Shown in pieces: positions 23,259 to 36,192 of a DNA stretch of 64,000 nt (position 1 is the stretch's first letter; each line of letters begins with the position of its first letter). The notes beneath the pieces were generated by a model that did no database searches, was not told the DNA's origin, and saw only the letters and a program-made list of their open reading frames with translations. This DNA is from Tricharina praecox (lineage: Eukaryota), in contig NW_026250407.1 in the NCBI RefSeq assembly GCF_024521635.1, forward strand, positions 124,001 to 188,000, written 5' to 3'. The translations under genes and the position numbers were made by a program.

Positions 23259-26200
23259 TTACACAACTCCTATGGCCGGCGAAAATCCCATGCCCTTTGA
23301 GCTGACCCGTTCCAAGCCCCCGAGGTTTTCGTCAAATGTGCTTTTGATCGGACTGAGATCAAAGTCGAATTTTTCATCTGTTGGGGTTTCCATGGTTCGT
23401 AATTTCAATCGTAATCCCCCTCTTTCTGGAGACGGCGGGAACCCGTCGACTGCCCGAATCAACTTCTGCTTCAACCGTCCCGTCTGCACCACTAGGTCCC
23501 TCAGCATATCCGTGTCGAAGTGCACTTTGCCGTTGGGGGTCAATCCAGTCGAGTTTCGCCGTGAGGCGTCTGAACGTTGTCGATGCTGCATCTTTTCCAT
23601 CATGCTCTTAGCCACCTCTATGGGATCGTTCCTATCGATCGTCTTCCTGGAGACCGGCGAAGTCGTTGATGGTGCTGGCGAAAGGTGCCGACTGGCCCGA
23701 TATTTCGGCGTGGACGAAAGGTTCTCGTTCGAGCCAAAGATATCGTCTTCTAGGGACAGGGCCGAATGGCGCGTCGACAGCGTGTATGCATTGTTTTCGT
23801 CTGATAGTCGATGGCTTAGCTCCCTTCGACGTTGAGGGGACCAGGTGTTCTGACGATGTAGCGTCTCCTTCTTAAGGGGCGCGTCTTCTTCGTCATCATC
23901 CAACGTGGCCAGGGCGATGATGCCATCAGCCTCGTCCCACATGTCGCTATCTGCTTTGTTACGGATCCCCTTGGCAACAGCGAGCTCGCGCAACCGTTTC
24001 AGATCTGAAAATCATGTCAGCTAACTAGTCCCAATACGTAAAGAGCGGGCAGAGAGTTGAGGGGGAGGGGGGTGGGGAAGAAAAAAATTGCAATGCAAAC
24101 GGACCTTCGACAAGCAACGCAAATTCCCTCACACATCCGAGGTGACCAATGATGCTGGCTTGTCTCTCTTCGATCGCTCGAGGAATCACCATTTCGTTCT
24201 TGCACGTTCCAAACTCGTCGTCTTCATCCAAGAAGTCATCATCCCAGTTCTCGCTTGGTAACGGTGTTCTGCCTCGCAGGGTATTGACAACTGGCATGCT
24301 CTGACTGCGAACGTGAATACTCGGCGCCCTCCTTCCGGTTCTGGTGGAGGATAGGTTGCTTTCCTTGGCGTGCACCGTCTTTGGCCGGTAACCGTTACTG
24401 GATGTCGAGGTGTGAACGGAGACACCATCGTTCCAATCCAGAATACTGTTCGTTTCCCGCATGCTGGAACCGTCTGCCGACCAGCCCTCACGGGCCGTGC
24501 CGAAGCTAGTGTTGCTCCCGTTGCTATGCAAGCCTAGACCCGTGCGCGAGTTGTAGGGCCGTAATCCAGGTCCGGACAGGCGGTGGTGGAGTTGATGGTG
24601 GAGTTGGTGGAGGTGATGGTGAGGGTGGTGGTGGTGCTCGTCACCGGCCGGTTTCGAGGGAATATCCCAGTCGCTGCTCCAAGCATCTTCCTCCTCGTCC
24701 TCGACACCGAGCCGCTGCGCCGTATGCGTATTGTCGTTGGGTGACGAGTTCGCGCGATCCTTTGTCGCTTTGGTGGGCACCGTGGTGGTGTTGCTGGTGC
24801 TGGTAGTGGTAGTGGTGGTATGGGGTAGGTCGTAATCATCATAACTAGCGTGCAAAGGAGAAGATCGTGTATCGTAACACCTGTCGGTATCGAAGATACG
24901 GTCCGCCCGTATAGGCGTCATCTCGGAAATCCGAGTCCGTATCGAATCAAAGAGCGTGTCGCTCCCGAAATCATGCTCGCTCTCACTCCCGATCAAGGTG
25001 GACGCCCGTTCCGAAGCGCTCATGATGGATAGTCGGTGACGGCGCAGACCGTGAACAGCAGGAACACTGGATAGCGATTCTACCGAGCCGTGTTCCGGTT
25101 GTTGTAGTCCTTCAGCCTGCTGTTGTGGTTGCTGTTCTTCCGATTGGGCGCCACGGTCGGGTGATGTCTCCGAATGCTCCGAAGGTTGTTCGTCGAAGCC
25201 CAGGTCGAGTAGCGAAAGCGACTGTATGGGGGGTAATGAAATTCGTCGCATCTGGTCGAGCGCCGCCGTGGTGGGTCTCGAATTGTTGCGATAAGAGTGG
25301 TATGGCAGGTTGAGCGCATCGGAGGTGGAGTGTCTTCTAGCGAAGACAACGCTCCCGCCCCCCATGGATCGCCTTCCGGCTAGTCCACCGTTGATGTCGT
25401 CATCGTTGAGGTTCGTTTCGGTCGGGATGTTTTTGTGTGTCGCAACGCCCAAAAGGTTCGAGAAAGAAAAGGACTTGCGACGGCTGCTGAATCGGGCGGG
25501 GAACGAGGCGGTCGACGATCGCTGCCGGGTCGATCCTCCTGCTGCTACTGCTCCGCGCAGCTGTTGTTGCGTCTCACCCATCTGCTGCGAAACCGGTCGC
25601 GACCCGATGTAAAATGTGGAAGCGGTGTCGGTGTAGAGAGAGTTCGTGTCGAATTCGTGGCTCGTCTTATCGGAGGGGTTATGGCTGCTGCTGTCGACTG
25701 CGTCTGCGGATACCAAGGTGGGGCCGTAGCTACGTCTAAAGAAATCAGGAACGATCCGCCGGATGCCAGTCGACTTCTTCTTCAGTTTCGTCGGGCCGGA
25801 ACCGAGCTGGGGATTCTTCTGTCGTTTCGCAGGGAAGAAAGGGCGCCATACATCGACCGACTCGGTATTGTTGGGGGGGCCGAAGCGGGAGCGGGCAAAG
25901 TCGAGGTCGAGGCCAGACGTGGACGGTCGCTCGACGGGGTAGGGTGAGGGAGGGTTAGAGTGCAGCTGTTCGCCAGCGGTGGGTGGTTGGTAGATAGCAG
26001 CGGTGGATGGGCGCCTCTGGAGTCTTGGCGGCGGTACAGGTGAATTGGCTCTGGATAAACGCTCCGCTGGAGATCGTTTGACTAGTTTGTTTCTGGTAGG
26101 AGGGCGCGAGCTCGGTTGCGAGGCTGCCCAGGAACGTGTGCGGGAAGAGGAGGACGTCGAGGATATAGTGGACGACGGGCTGGACGACGACAGAGAACTC

Positions 26201-26603
26201 CCCGGCGAGGACGAGAAAGACTCTGACAGCCGGCGCAGCCATTTACGAGACGTGGACGACCGGGAGTGTGCTGAAGCTATGCAGGCGGACGTAGGCGTGA
26301 GTTGGGAGAAGGTCGACTCGTTCGCAGGCGTGCACGTATGCTGGCCGTCGATGGACTCCTCAATCAATGGAGGTGTGCTGGAATTAAACGCTACAGGCAG
26401 GTGGCCATAGTGCGGAAGAGCCAGAGCGAGGCCACAGGCAGCAATGCCCACGGTCGAGGTGGCGCAGAGCTATGGGGGAGAAACGAAACGCGTCAATTGC
26501 AGATAAACAACGGGCGGGCTTTCGAGAGCGGGAGGAGGGGGGAGTGGGGGAGAGTGTTCCTCATGATTCTGAGGGGATTACTAACGGTGGAGATGGTCTG
26601 CAT
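23259..26603 (-). CDS. Large Ser/Pro-rich, mostly disordered hypothetical protein (over 1000 aa), 3 exons
   Basis: The 808-aa and 244-aa ORFs join through an intron at about 24005-24103 to give ...IEERQASIIGHLGCVREFALLVEDLKRLRELA...WDEADGIIALATLD. An 18-nt first exon (ATG at 26603, GTTAGT donor at 26585) supplies an in-frame start. Confidence 0.8.
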
Positions 26604-28046
26604 ACTGAACTTGGTATTCAGACTGACTCAATTCACAGCAGACGGCAGAACGAGCTCATTGCATCCAAACGAGACTACTGGTTGGCTGGTGGCGCGCTGT
26701 GAGTTGGCGAATGAACTCCGACTTTCTCGAGTGGGGTGGACCAGCGGGGTTTGAAGGGCCCCAATGCTACGTTGAGCTTGTTATCAAGATGGATTGAGTT
26801 TGAACTGGCGTTCTGAGGCGGGGAGAAACGGCAGTTATCGTGATGCTGGAAGTGCTATAGGGGGGGGGGGGTGGGGGGAATGTTTTGTATCGAATTGAGG
26901 GTTTCGAGTGATGGCAGCGAGCAAGGCCTAGGGAGGCGGGAAAAGGGAGGAATTGACGATCCGGCGCCGAATCAACAAAGGGTCGTGAGGGGGGACAGAC
27001 ACTACTACTACCAGAACGAATGTACTGAGACGATTAGGAAGGGGGAGAGCGAGGGAACTGGGGCAAGCGCGAGTGAAGGAGGAGGCGGAGACGGAGGCGT
27101 AGGAGGGAGAGGGTGGAGGGGGGGATAGGGAAGAAGATGGAAGGGAGGGAGAAGGGGGAGAGAGGAAGGGACTGGGGGGGGACGAGGTTGCTGGCCTTCA
27201 AGATGAGCAAAGCGGCGTAGTAGTTTGTTGTCGTGGAGGTGGATATGTCAAAGAGAAGGCTAGGAACGGGAAGAGAACAACAACCATTTGGATGCGGCCA
27301 ACGAAAGCCGGCCATAGCGGTTTTCGCCTCGGAGCAGACGGTGACTACTCTATTCTGGAGCATCCGTTGAAAGTTGCTTTTGCTGCCCGTTGGCAGGCTT
27401 GGACACTGCTAGCAGTCTAGGACGGTAGAGGAGAGGAAATGCTCTAGCAGTTACACGAAAGCAGCATTAATAGTCTCGTCGTAAGGGACCAAACGCCGCG
27501 GGTGCGCGAGCACGCCTCGATCCTCCCGTGCACTGATCCGCCCTGGAACCCGGGGAACGTCCTCCCTCTCTCTCTCACACACACCACGCATACACAGAGG
27601 GACACGCAGAACGGTTCCATAGGGTTTTCGAGATGGGATGAGGGGTGGGGACGGATGGGACGGGTTGGGCTCGAAGACGACCGACGGGCTGGCCTTACGG
27701 TGAGAAATCTCCTCCCGTGCTGTGGGTTTGTTTATTTACTACTAACTTATGCGTGGCCATGGATGCATGCATACACACTCCTTCTGGATTCCTTCTCTAC
27801 AGGCTTCCGCTTTCTGCGCGGACACTGTACCTGACACGCTAGAACCATCACGATGCAGGAGAAGTCACCGTTCCGCTGGGCTTCATCCTGGGAGTCGGGT
27901 TCCGATTGTAGTTCCGATTCTGGCTGCTGCTTTTGGGGGGAGGTTCCGCTCACGCTCCATCTACCGGGCCCGGGGCCTTGACAACCATCACCATCCATCA
28001 CCGTCGCCCTCGCAACGACAATACGAGAAGGACATGCACCATAATC

Positions 28047-28152
28047 ACAACAACAGCAGCAGCAGCAATAATAGAATAGCAGCAGCGGTAACAATAACAA
28101 AAACAATAACAGCAACAACAACAGCAACAATAACAGCAACAACGACAGCGAC
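28047..28152. repeat. Mixed (CAA/CAG/TAA)n trinucleotide tract
   Basis: Imperfect trinucleotide run in the region between two divergent genes. Confidence 0.85.
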
Positions 28153-29226
28153 AAGGCTGGTAGTGGGCCGTGGACGGATGCCGAACAGTGGCGTGGCGAA
28201 CGGCATGACCAGCCCATCAACCAGCCACCAGCTAGCATGCAGAGGGTATCCAGAAGTAGAGTGAATCCAAGGTCTGGCCGGGCAGCGACATGCAAAGCTG
28301 CAAAGCAACGCAAAGCAGAGCCAGAGAGACGCCGAGATCGGGGCTAGGGAAGCGAGAGGCTCGTCGGCTACACGAAACTCGGAGCCCGTAGGGCTAGCAT
28401 GCTTGGGGAATGGTCTGGCACGCTCGTCTCACGTCCAATTTACGGCCACTCTCCAGGTTTGTGATCCACTTTTGCGTGTCCACGCTCCGTGAGATTGTGT
28501 TTTAACTACGGTATGCTATGTGTCTGTTTGCTCGGAGGCGGTTCTCTGGCGAAACAAAATATCGTCATCACCATCGGGTAGGCAGCCGCACGAACGCACG
28601 CACACACCGTGGCCACCACAGACTCCTCACCATGGTTGACCCATGGACAAGACCCATATCGGCCCCATGCACACACACACACCCTCCAGCGAAAATTAAA
28701 CACCTCAGCTGAGAATAGAACAGCCAGAAACCCTCGCTAACCACACCCAAAACGATCCCGTAAAGACGCAACGAAAAGAAAAGAAAAGATTCAAAAAAAA
28801 TGAGAAGCGGCAATCTGATAAGATCGAGATAGTGGCTCCACCATTCCGGCAACCGAACGCTAGAAACCCACCACACACCACCACTCACAATAATATGTAC
28901 TGCCACCACCACCACCACTGAAGAGATGTGGCGCGTCTCCGTGGCAACCCACTCAACTCATTCTCCACTCACAGCCACTCACCGAGAGCTGACCCCTCCC
29001 CCCCACCCCAGTGCGGCTACTCTAGCCTCTGTGGAGTGCCGTGCCCCACCCCCCCCCCAAACTGGGAAAAGCCATTCGCTCTAAAATTCCTAAACCTCCC
29101 CGCGATTGCCCACAAAAATAAAAAATAAAAAAGCGCCGGCCTCTCATTTCATCGCGATATCGAAAAGGAAACCGAAACACCTTGCCACTTGCCACTTGCC
29201 GTCCTGCCTGTCCTGTCAAACGAACC

Positions 29227-31608
29227 ATGGAGGATAAAATTACCGCAATCCTACCGTCGCTCGACCCCGTCATCACCGAGTATTCCGTCGGCTTCCTATC
29301 CCATGCCGCCACATCCACCTCTCCGGAGGCCGATCTCGAGCTGGCCGAAGCCATCAGCACCGTCACCCAGATCTTGCTCGATGCCGCGCCGCCCGCCCTC
29401 GATCAGGCAAAGATCACGGGCATGATCGCGCAGCTCGTCGCCCAGCTGGAGGCGAAGCATGGCAGCCGCAAGGAATCTTCGTCCCAGGCGAAGTCGAAGC
29501 GGTTGGACCAGACCATTCACGTGGCTTCGCACAAGAGCATCTCCGCGACGATGGGGCTCCTCGGGAGCGGGGTAGACCTCGACGCCGTCGGGTCGCGTAA
29601 GGTCGAGAGCAGGGTCGACAAGAAGAAGCTCGAGAAGGCCGAACGCAAGATCAAGGCAAAGCAGGATAAGAAGGTCATGAAGAACGTCGAGTACGAGGCA
29701 TCCAAGCTCGTCGGTGGCGATGACCAGCAGGCGTACGAGGAGTTCTACATGACGGTCAATCCATTGACCCTGGACTCGGCGTCGGCCGGAAAGAGCAAGG
29801 AGATTAAGGTCGAGGGTATTGATCTGTCGATCGGCGGTCTGAGGATCCTGACCGACTCCACTCTTACTCTGGCCTATGGCCGGCGGTACGGTCTTGTGGG
29901 AAAGAACGGTATCGGAAAGTCCACACTGCTGAGGGCACTCTCCCGGAGAGAAGTCGCCATCCCGACTCACATCACCATTCTCCACGTGGAGCAAGAGGTA
30001 ACTAGGGCCAATATGGTTAGAGCTTTTGGTGGATAACTGTTTCTGATGATGACTGCAGATCATGGGAGACGAGACTTCAGCTATACAGGCAGTCCTGGAC
30101 GCCGATGTCTGGCGGAAGCACTTGCTGAACGAGCAGGCGCGGATCACTCAGGAGCTGAACACCCTCGTGAACCAGCTGGATCCGGTCACTGTCACCAGCG
30201 ACATGGGCTCCAAGACACGTCAACGCGACGAGTTGGACGCCCTGCTCACCGATGTGCACTCAAAGTTGGCCGAGATGGAAGCCGACAAAGCCGAATCCAG
30301 AGCTGCCGCAATTCTTGCCGGTCTGGGATTCTCGCCCGAGAGGCAGCAGTTTGCTACCAAGACGTTCTCTGGAGGTTGGCGAATGCGTCTGGCGCTGGCC
30401 CGTGCCTTGTTCTGTAAACCTGATCTCCTGCTTCTCGACGAGCCGTCGAACATGTTGGACGTTCCTTCCATCACCTTCCTTTCCGAGTACCTACAGACCT
30501 ACCCATCCACCGTCCTGGTCGTGTCTCACGACAGAGCGTTCCTGAACGAGGTCGCAACCGACATCATCCACCAGCATTCCGAGCGATTGGACTACTACAA
30601 GGGCGGTAACTTTGATTCCTTCTATGCCACCAAGGAGGAGCGACGGAAGACGGCGAAGCGCGAGTACGAGAACCAGATGGCGTACCGTAAGCATCTGCAG
30701 ACTTTCATCGACAAGTTCAGGTACAATGCCGCCAAATCTTCCGAGGCGCAGAGCAGAATCAAAAAGTTGGAGAAGCTGCCCATTCTGGAGGAGCCGGATG
30801 ACGAATACTCGGTCGTGTTCAAGTTCCCCGATGTCGAGAGTCTCAGTCCGCCGATCATGCAGATGTCGGGCGTTTCGTTTGCGTATACGCCTGGACGGCC
30901 TATTGTCGAGAATGTTGATCTGGATGTACAGCTTGACTCACGTATTGGTATCGTTGGACCCAACGTACGTATCTATCTTCCTCTACTCGTGGTGAATTTC
31001 CCCTCTCCCCCAGCATGCTGACCACATTATTATCACCACAGGGTGCCGGTAAAACTACCGTCCTCAAGCTTCTCATCGGCCAACTCGAGCCATCCAAGGG
31101 ACTGATTAGCAAGCACGCTCGTCTGCGTGTCGGATTCTTCGCCCAGCACCACGTCGACGCTCTGGATCTGACCATGAGTGCCGTCAGTTTCTGCGCCAAG
31201 CTCTTCCCCGGCAAAACCGACGAAGAGTACCGACGCCACCTCGGAGCTTTCGGTATCACGGGTACCACGGGACTGCAAAAGATGGGCCTGCTCTCCGGAG
31301 GACAGAAATCACGTGTGGCCTTTGCATGTCTGAGTCTTACGAACCCGCACATCCTGGTTCTCGACGAGCCTTCCAATCACTTGGATATCGAGGCCATGGA
31401 CGCCCTCTCCGATGCCCTGAGACAGTTCCAGGGTGGTGTGCTCATGGTTTCTCACGACGTTACCATGTTGGCCAGTGTTTGCACGCACCTGTGGGTCTGC
31501 GACAACGGCACCGTCGAGGCTTTCCCGGGTGATATCAATGCGTACAAGAAGCGCATTCTCGAGCAGGCTGGTGCAGACGGTGTGGTCAAGCAGAATCATC
31601 ATAGTTAG
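29227..31608 (+). CDS. GCN20: ABCF-family translational regulator, 3 exons
   Basis: Two ABC domains (GKNGIGKST, FSGGWRMR, LLLDEPSN; GPNGAGKTT, LSGGQKSR, LVLDEPSNHLD), no TM segments, and an N-terminal extension typical of Gcn20/ABCF3. Confidence 0.93.
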
Positions 31609-32802
31609 TTGGGTGGCTCAGCCGGTCAGGTTGGGTTGGGTTCGGTCGGGTTGGGTTGGGTCAGGTTCAAGGGGAGAAAAAGGAGTTATTGGGTTTGCGT
31701 TTGTGTCGTACACATTGTTTACATATCCGAAGACATTCGTTCATTCACCGTTCATTCATCGTCGGTGCAAGATATGGGCCTATCCATCCATCCACCCAGT
31801 GACACTCTACCTACTATACAGTCACCGAGACTTTGGTGGCCGGCTGACTCGGAACAGTGCACACCTAACCTATGGGTTGGATGTAATAAACTCTGCCTAA
31901 ACACATGCGCAGGTACATAGGTAGGTAGATGTCAGATTTCATCTCCCCCCAGTTGCATGTTTCCAATTATCCGCCGCCGCGAATGCTGCAACTGCAACTA
32001 CAACTGCAACTGTGCTGACTTCAGGGTGTTTCCTTCCCCTTTCCCCCTCCCCTTCCCCTTCCCCCTCCCCTCAAAGTTTCTGTTTTATCTACCTACGGCA
32101 ATTGGGAGAGATGCGGGCAACTGCAACGATCAAGGTCTCACCTAATCTGCAATCCCCCATTTCGATTCAGGTACAGGCCTCAATCTCAATCCTGTGATAA
32201 CTCCAATCCCAAATCCCAACTCCCAAATCCCAAATATTTCATCTCCAGCGCATGAGCATGACAGCCGAAGTGCGGAAAAGAAGGAAAATCTCGTGCAAGA
32301 GTTAGGTGCCTGGGTAAGCCACAGCTGTGCGGTTCCAGCTGAAGTCCAACCTGCCAACCAGCCAACCAGACAGACGGCCAGACAGACGGCCGGCAGCAGT
32401 TGCGGCGTTGGGAATCCTATGTATCCTACTCTACACGCCCTACATACCGTACCAACGTGCTCTCTACTCGTACTCAGTACAAAGATACATAGACGTAAGA
32501 GCGCGGCGCAGCGCAGCCACCACCCGGCACACAATTGCCACATACCCAGTTCCTGGGGGCAGGCGCATGCCCTATCGAAACACCCATAGGCCACAAGCCA
32601 CCCCCCACCGCCCTCAGCCAGCCATCCGGAGAAATACTACAGGTCGCGGACAGGCGGGCGCTTAATGTGTGTGGGGGGAAGGAGGGGAAGGGGAGGGGGT
32701 AGCCGGGTATCAGCGCTACTTTAGAGTATAAAAACAAAAACAAAAAAAGGAACGTGGGCTGCGAGAATGGGAAGGGAACGAACTTCATTGAGGTTTCGGT
32801 TT

Positions 32803-32858
32803 CGTGTGTGTATGTGTATGTGTGCGGGCGTGTGTGTGTGTGTGTGTGTGAATGTGTG
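32803..32858. repeat. (GT)n microsatellite, interrupted
   Basis: GT/TG run with a few interruptions. Confidence 0.85.
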
Positions 32859-33466
32859 TACCTATGCTCGGTGTGTGTCCTCGGTGGGTGTATGTCTGGT
32901 GTGTCTGGGGTGATTCCCGGCGGAGAAGTGCGATATTGGATTGGGCGGAGGTGGGAGGGGAGAATGAGAATGCGAAATAGCGAGGGGTGGTGGAATGGGG
33001 ATAAGATGGGATGGGATGGGGGGGAGGACTCCCTACTGCTAGTACTTAGGCATGAACGTCCGCCCGCGCCGCAACGAAGCTTAGGAATTTTTTTTGTTGT
33101 TTCTCTTTTGATTTGTTACAGGCGCACAGCTGGTTGGGATTGGTATCGATCGTTGTACTGTGTTTTCTTATTCCGAGGGTATGTATGCGGTGATCGCGGG
33201 TGATGATCGTGGGTGACCTGGAATTTGGAGCTTGGAACTGGGAACTGGAAAGAGTGTTCGGAGGTATGCTGACAGTCGTGCGGCGGTGCTGGTAGTTCCA
33301 TTCACTCATTCACTCACTCGCTCACTCGTTCCTTCGGCCGCTCTTTCGCTTTCGCTTTCACTTCCACCCTCGCTCTTTTGATTGTGGCTGTGTGCGATCC
33401 GGGAATTCCGACAACCTCCACCCATACATACCTCATACCTCATACATTCACCGATACATCGCCACG

Positions 33467-34006
33467 ATGTCCCCATCGTTCCCAGCACCGCTCGCCATTC
33501 TGTTACTCATCTCCCCGGCCCTGGCTTCCCCCCTACCAGCCACGGCGTCGGCGTCGGCCGAGCAAGCCGTAGTAGCAACACCCATCGCCACCTCCCCCGC
33601 CACGGTCGTCGAAGCAATCACGGACTCGGACTCCTCCCCGGACTCCTCGTCATATGCGCCCACCCGGCTGATCCCCGGCATGACCAATTCCGCGGCAATA
33701 ATAATGCTCGTGATAATCGGCTGCGTCCTCATCCTGGTGCCGATGTTCGGGTACATCTGGACCCGTCGTGGTAGACGGTTATCCCGAGTTGCCCGTGTGG
33801 CGGGGGAAAAGGATGTGGCGGGCGGGCTGGGGAGGTCGGAGAGGTCGGAGAGTAAGATCTCGCTGGTTAATGCGGTCATGAGGAGGGATACGGCGGGGAG
33901 TGCGGATACTTGGATGGACGAGGTTAGGATGCCGACGAGGGTTTTGACGCTGCAGAAGGATCGCGGCGAGGGTGGCTGCGGTGTCGTCAGGGCGGTTGAT
34001 GTTTAA
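33467..34006 (+). CDS. Small putative type I membrane protein
   Basis: 179-aa ORF: signal-peptide-like N-terminus (LAILLLISPALA/SP), Ala/Ser/Thr-rich ectodomain, a TM segment (AAIIMLVIIGCVLILVPMFGYIW) and a basic stop-transfer sequence (TRRGRRLSR). Confidence 0.65.
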   Translation: MSPSFPAPLAILLLISPALASPLPATASASAEQAVVATPIATSPATVVEAITDSDSSPDSSSYAPTRLIPGMTNSAAIIMLVIIGCVLILVPMFGYIWTRRGRRLSRVARVAGEKDVAGGLGRSERSESKISLVNAVMRRDTAGSADTWMDEVRMPTRVLTLQKDRGEGGCGVVRAVDV

Positions 34007-34244
34007 AAGTTCGGGGGCGTTAGGACGTGGTGGTTAATGTTATGCCCGCCTGTCTGAAATCTGGTTGTCGGGAGGCTGTTGTTTATGCAAGTGACACCTT
34101 GTGCGTAGATACCTGGTGGATGGTGGGGTTAGTTATATTATGTACCGTGCACTTGCATGACGTAAAGTGCCCGTGCAGTCCGCCACCAATCACAACCATC
34201 ATCAATAATCGCATCTCCGACATCAAAGACCATCACCATCAGTA

Positions 34245-35092
34245 ATGGACAAAGCCCTCCTACCCGACCGCGAAGAAATCCACGAAGCCTGTCGCGAAGG
34301 TCGCTGTCCGTGCCCCCATCCCACCTACCAACACACCTCCATACTAACACCACCCAGATGCGAAGGTCGAAGAGCTTCTCCTCGCGAATCCGAAGCTCGC
34401 CTCGCGCCGCGACAGCGACGACCGCCTTCCGCTCCACTGGGCAATAAGCTACAGCCACTTGTCGATCGTGACGCTCCTCTCGGACCAGTCCTCCTTCGAC
34501 GTGGACGCGGTGGACGGCAGCGGCTGGACACCGCTCCAGATCGCCTGCTCGATCAAAGACGGCGAATCCCTCGTCTCGTTCCTGCTCTCGCGCGGGGCCG
34601 ACGTCAACGCCAAGACCAACGCGGGGCAGACGGCGCTGCACTTCGCCGTATCGAAGCAGAATTTCCCGCTGTGCCGACTGCTCCTGGGACCGCCGCATAA
34701 GGCTAGCGCTAGGGTGAAGGACCGCAGAGGACAGCTGCCGATTCATAGGGCGGCGGCGGTGGGGAGTGCCCCGCTTATCAACCTGCTGCTGGATCATCAG
34801 AGCCCGATCAATGCGAAGGATGCGGATGGCTGCACGCCGTTGCATCATGCCATCGCCGAGGGCCATGGTGATGCCGCCGTCGCCCTGTTGAAACGCGGAG
34901 CCGAGACCGATATCAAGGATGGAGATGGAAAGCTGGCGATTGCGTGCGCGCCAGATAAGAAGGTGAGCTCTTCAACTCCGGCGGAATTGTGGAATGTCGT
35001 GCTGATGGGGATAGGTGGGGATGTATATCCTCAACGCAGCGACCGAGGAGGGAATCGAGATTACCATGCCGGAGGGTGTTACAAGTGTGTAG
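34245..35092 (+). CDS. NAS6: Ankyrin-repeat 26S proteasome assembly chaperone (gankyrin/PSMD10 family), 3 exons
   Basis: IHEACREG N-terminus followed by ankyrin repeats (DDRLPLHWA, SGWTPLQIAC, GQTALHFAVSK, GQLPIHRAAAVG, GCTPLHHAIAEGH). Confidence 0.88.
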
Positions 35093-36192
35093 CCAGAGGC
35101 GCTGGAATACGGGAGGCATGGTGATGGCGATGGCGTTTGGATGCGATTTACTAGGCTTTCGGGAGCATTGGGGAATATCAACAGGTTTACGTGGGTGTTC
35201 GATGAGGGCGGTGGTGAAGAAACTAGGTGTCGTTTCGAGTTGAATGGCTCACCTAACCCGAGATACTATACCGGCCGGCGACCACTTCCCCGAGAAACTG
35301 CCTTCCGGCCGAATAGTGAGATGCCCGCTATAGCTGTCCGTACTTACAGGATGTCTTTACCCGATCAATGGTTTAGGCAACGCTCTTTGGGTTATGGAGT
35401 GAATGGCGATAGGGTGGAGTGAATGCCGTGGTTCGCGTGGACGGGTGGTCCTTTGTGAAAGGGCTCATCCCGCAACCGAATTCAAGTGGGCTCGAAAGGT
35501 GGGGTGGTGGTGGTGGCATTGGGTGATTGCCGAGCGATTTGAAGAGTCCTATCATGTTGGTAGCAAGGCGGCGGCCCAGTACCGGTAGAGTATTCGGGCC
35601 TTCAATTGGGAGCTTCATGTACACCTTTCACTGTGATTCCTAGCCTAAGCAGATCCACAGGCTGCAGAGCATAATTGCATGCACCGTATGACAGTAACTA
35701 CTAGTAGCCCAACGTTCTCCTTGGCGACTGTGCATAGCGCGTACCAAATCATCAAGTGAACGGGACGGCAGCGGCAGCGGCTGTGGCCCTACGTACCTGA
35801 AAGTAGCTTTTTGCTTGTTCCGGTTCCTGCATAATTACTTCATCAACTTCTCCGGCCGATTTCCTGCTTGGCCAACTTAGTACAATACAGCCTGCCAAAC
35901 CCATGATGGGCTCGTGGGGCACCTGGCTCCCCACCAGATCTGAGCCGGGGCGAGCTACGTATTTGGCCTAATCGCCAGGCGCACAACGCAGGCACGCGTT
36001 CTCTCCCTGACCACATGCTCGCTTTAAAGTAGGTGGTAGTGGTAGGCATACTACACAGCTTCCCGAGCTTTCCGGTCCGAACCTGCCTTTTCTATTTCAT
36101 CCCTCCCCATCTCCTACCGGCTTTCAGATGAAAAAAAGCCCTATAACGCACCGTACCGTACCGCATATCCACGATCCACGCCGACGACGCCA

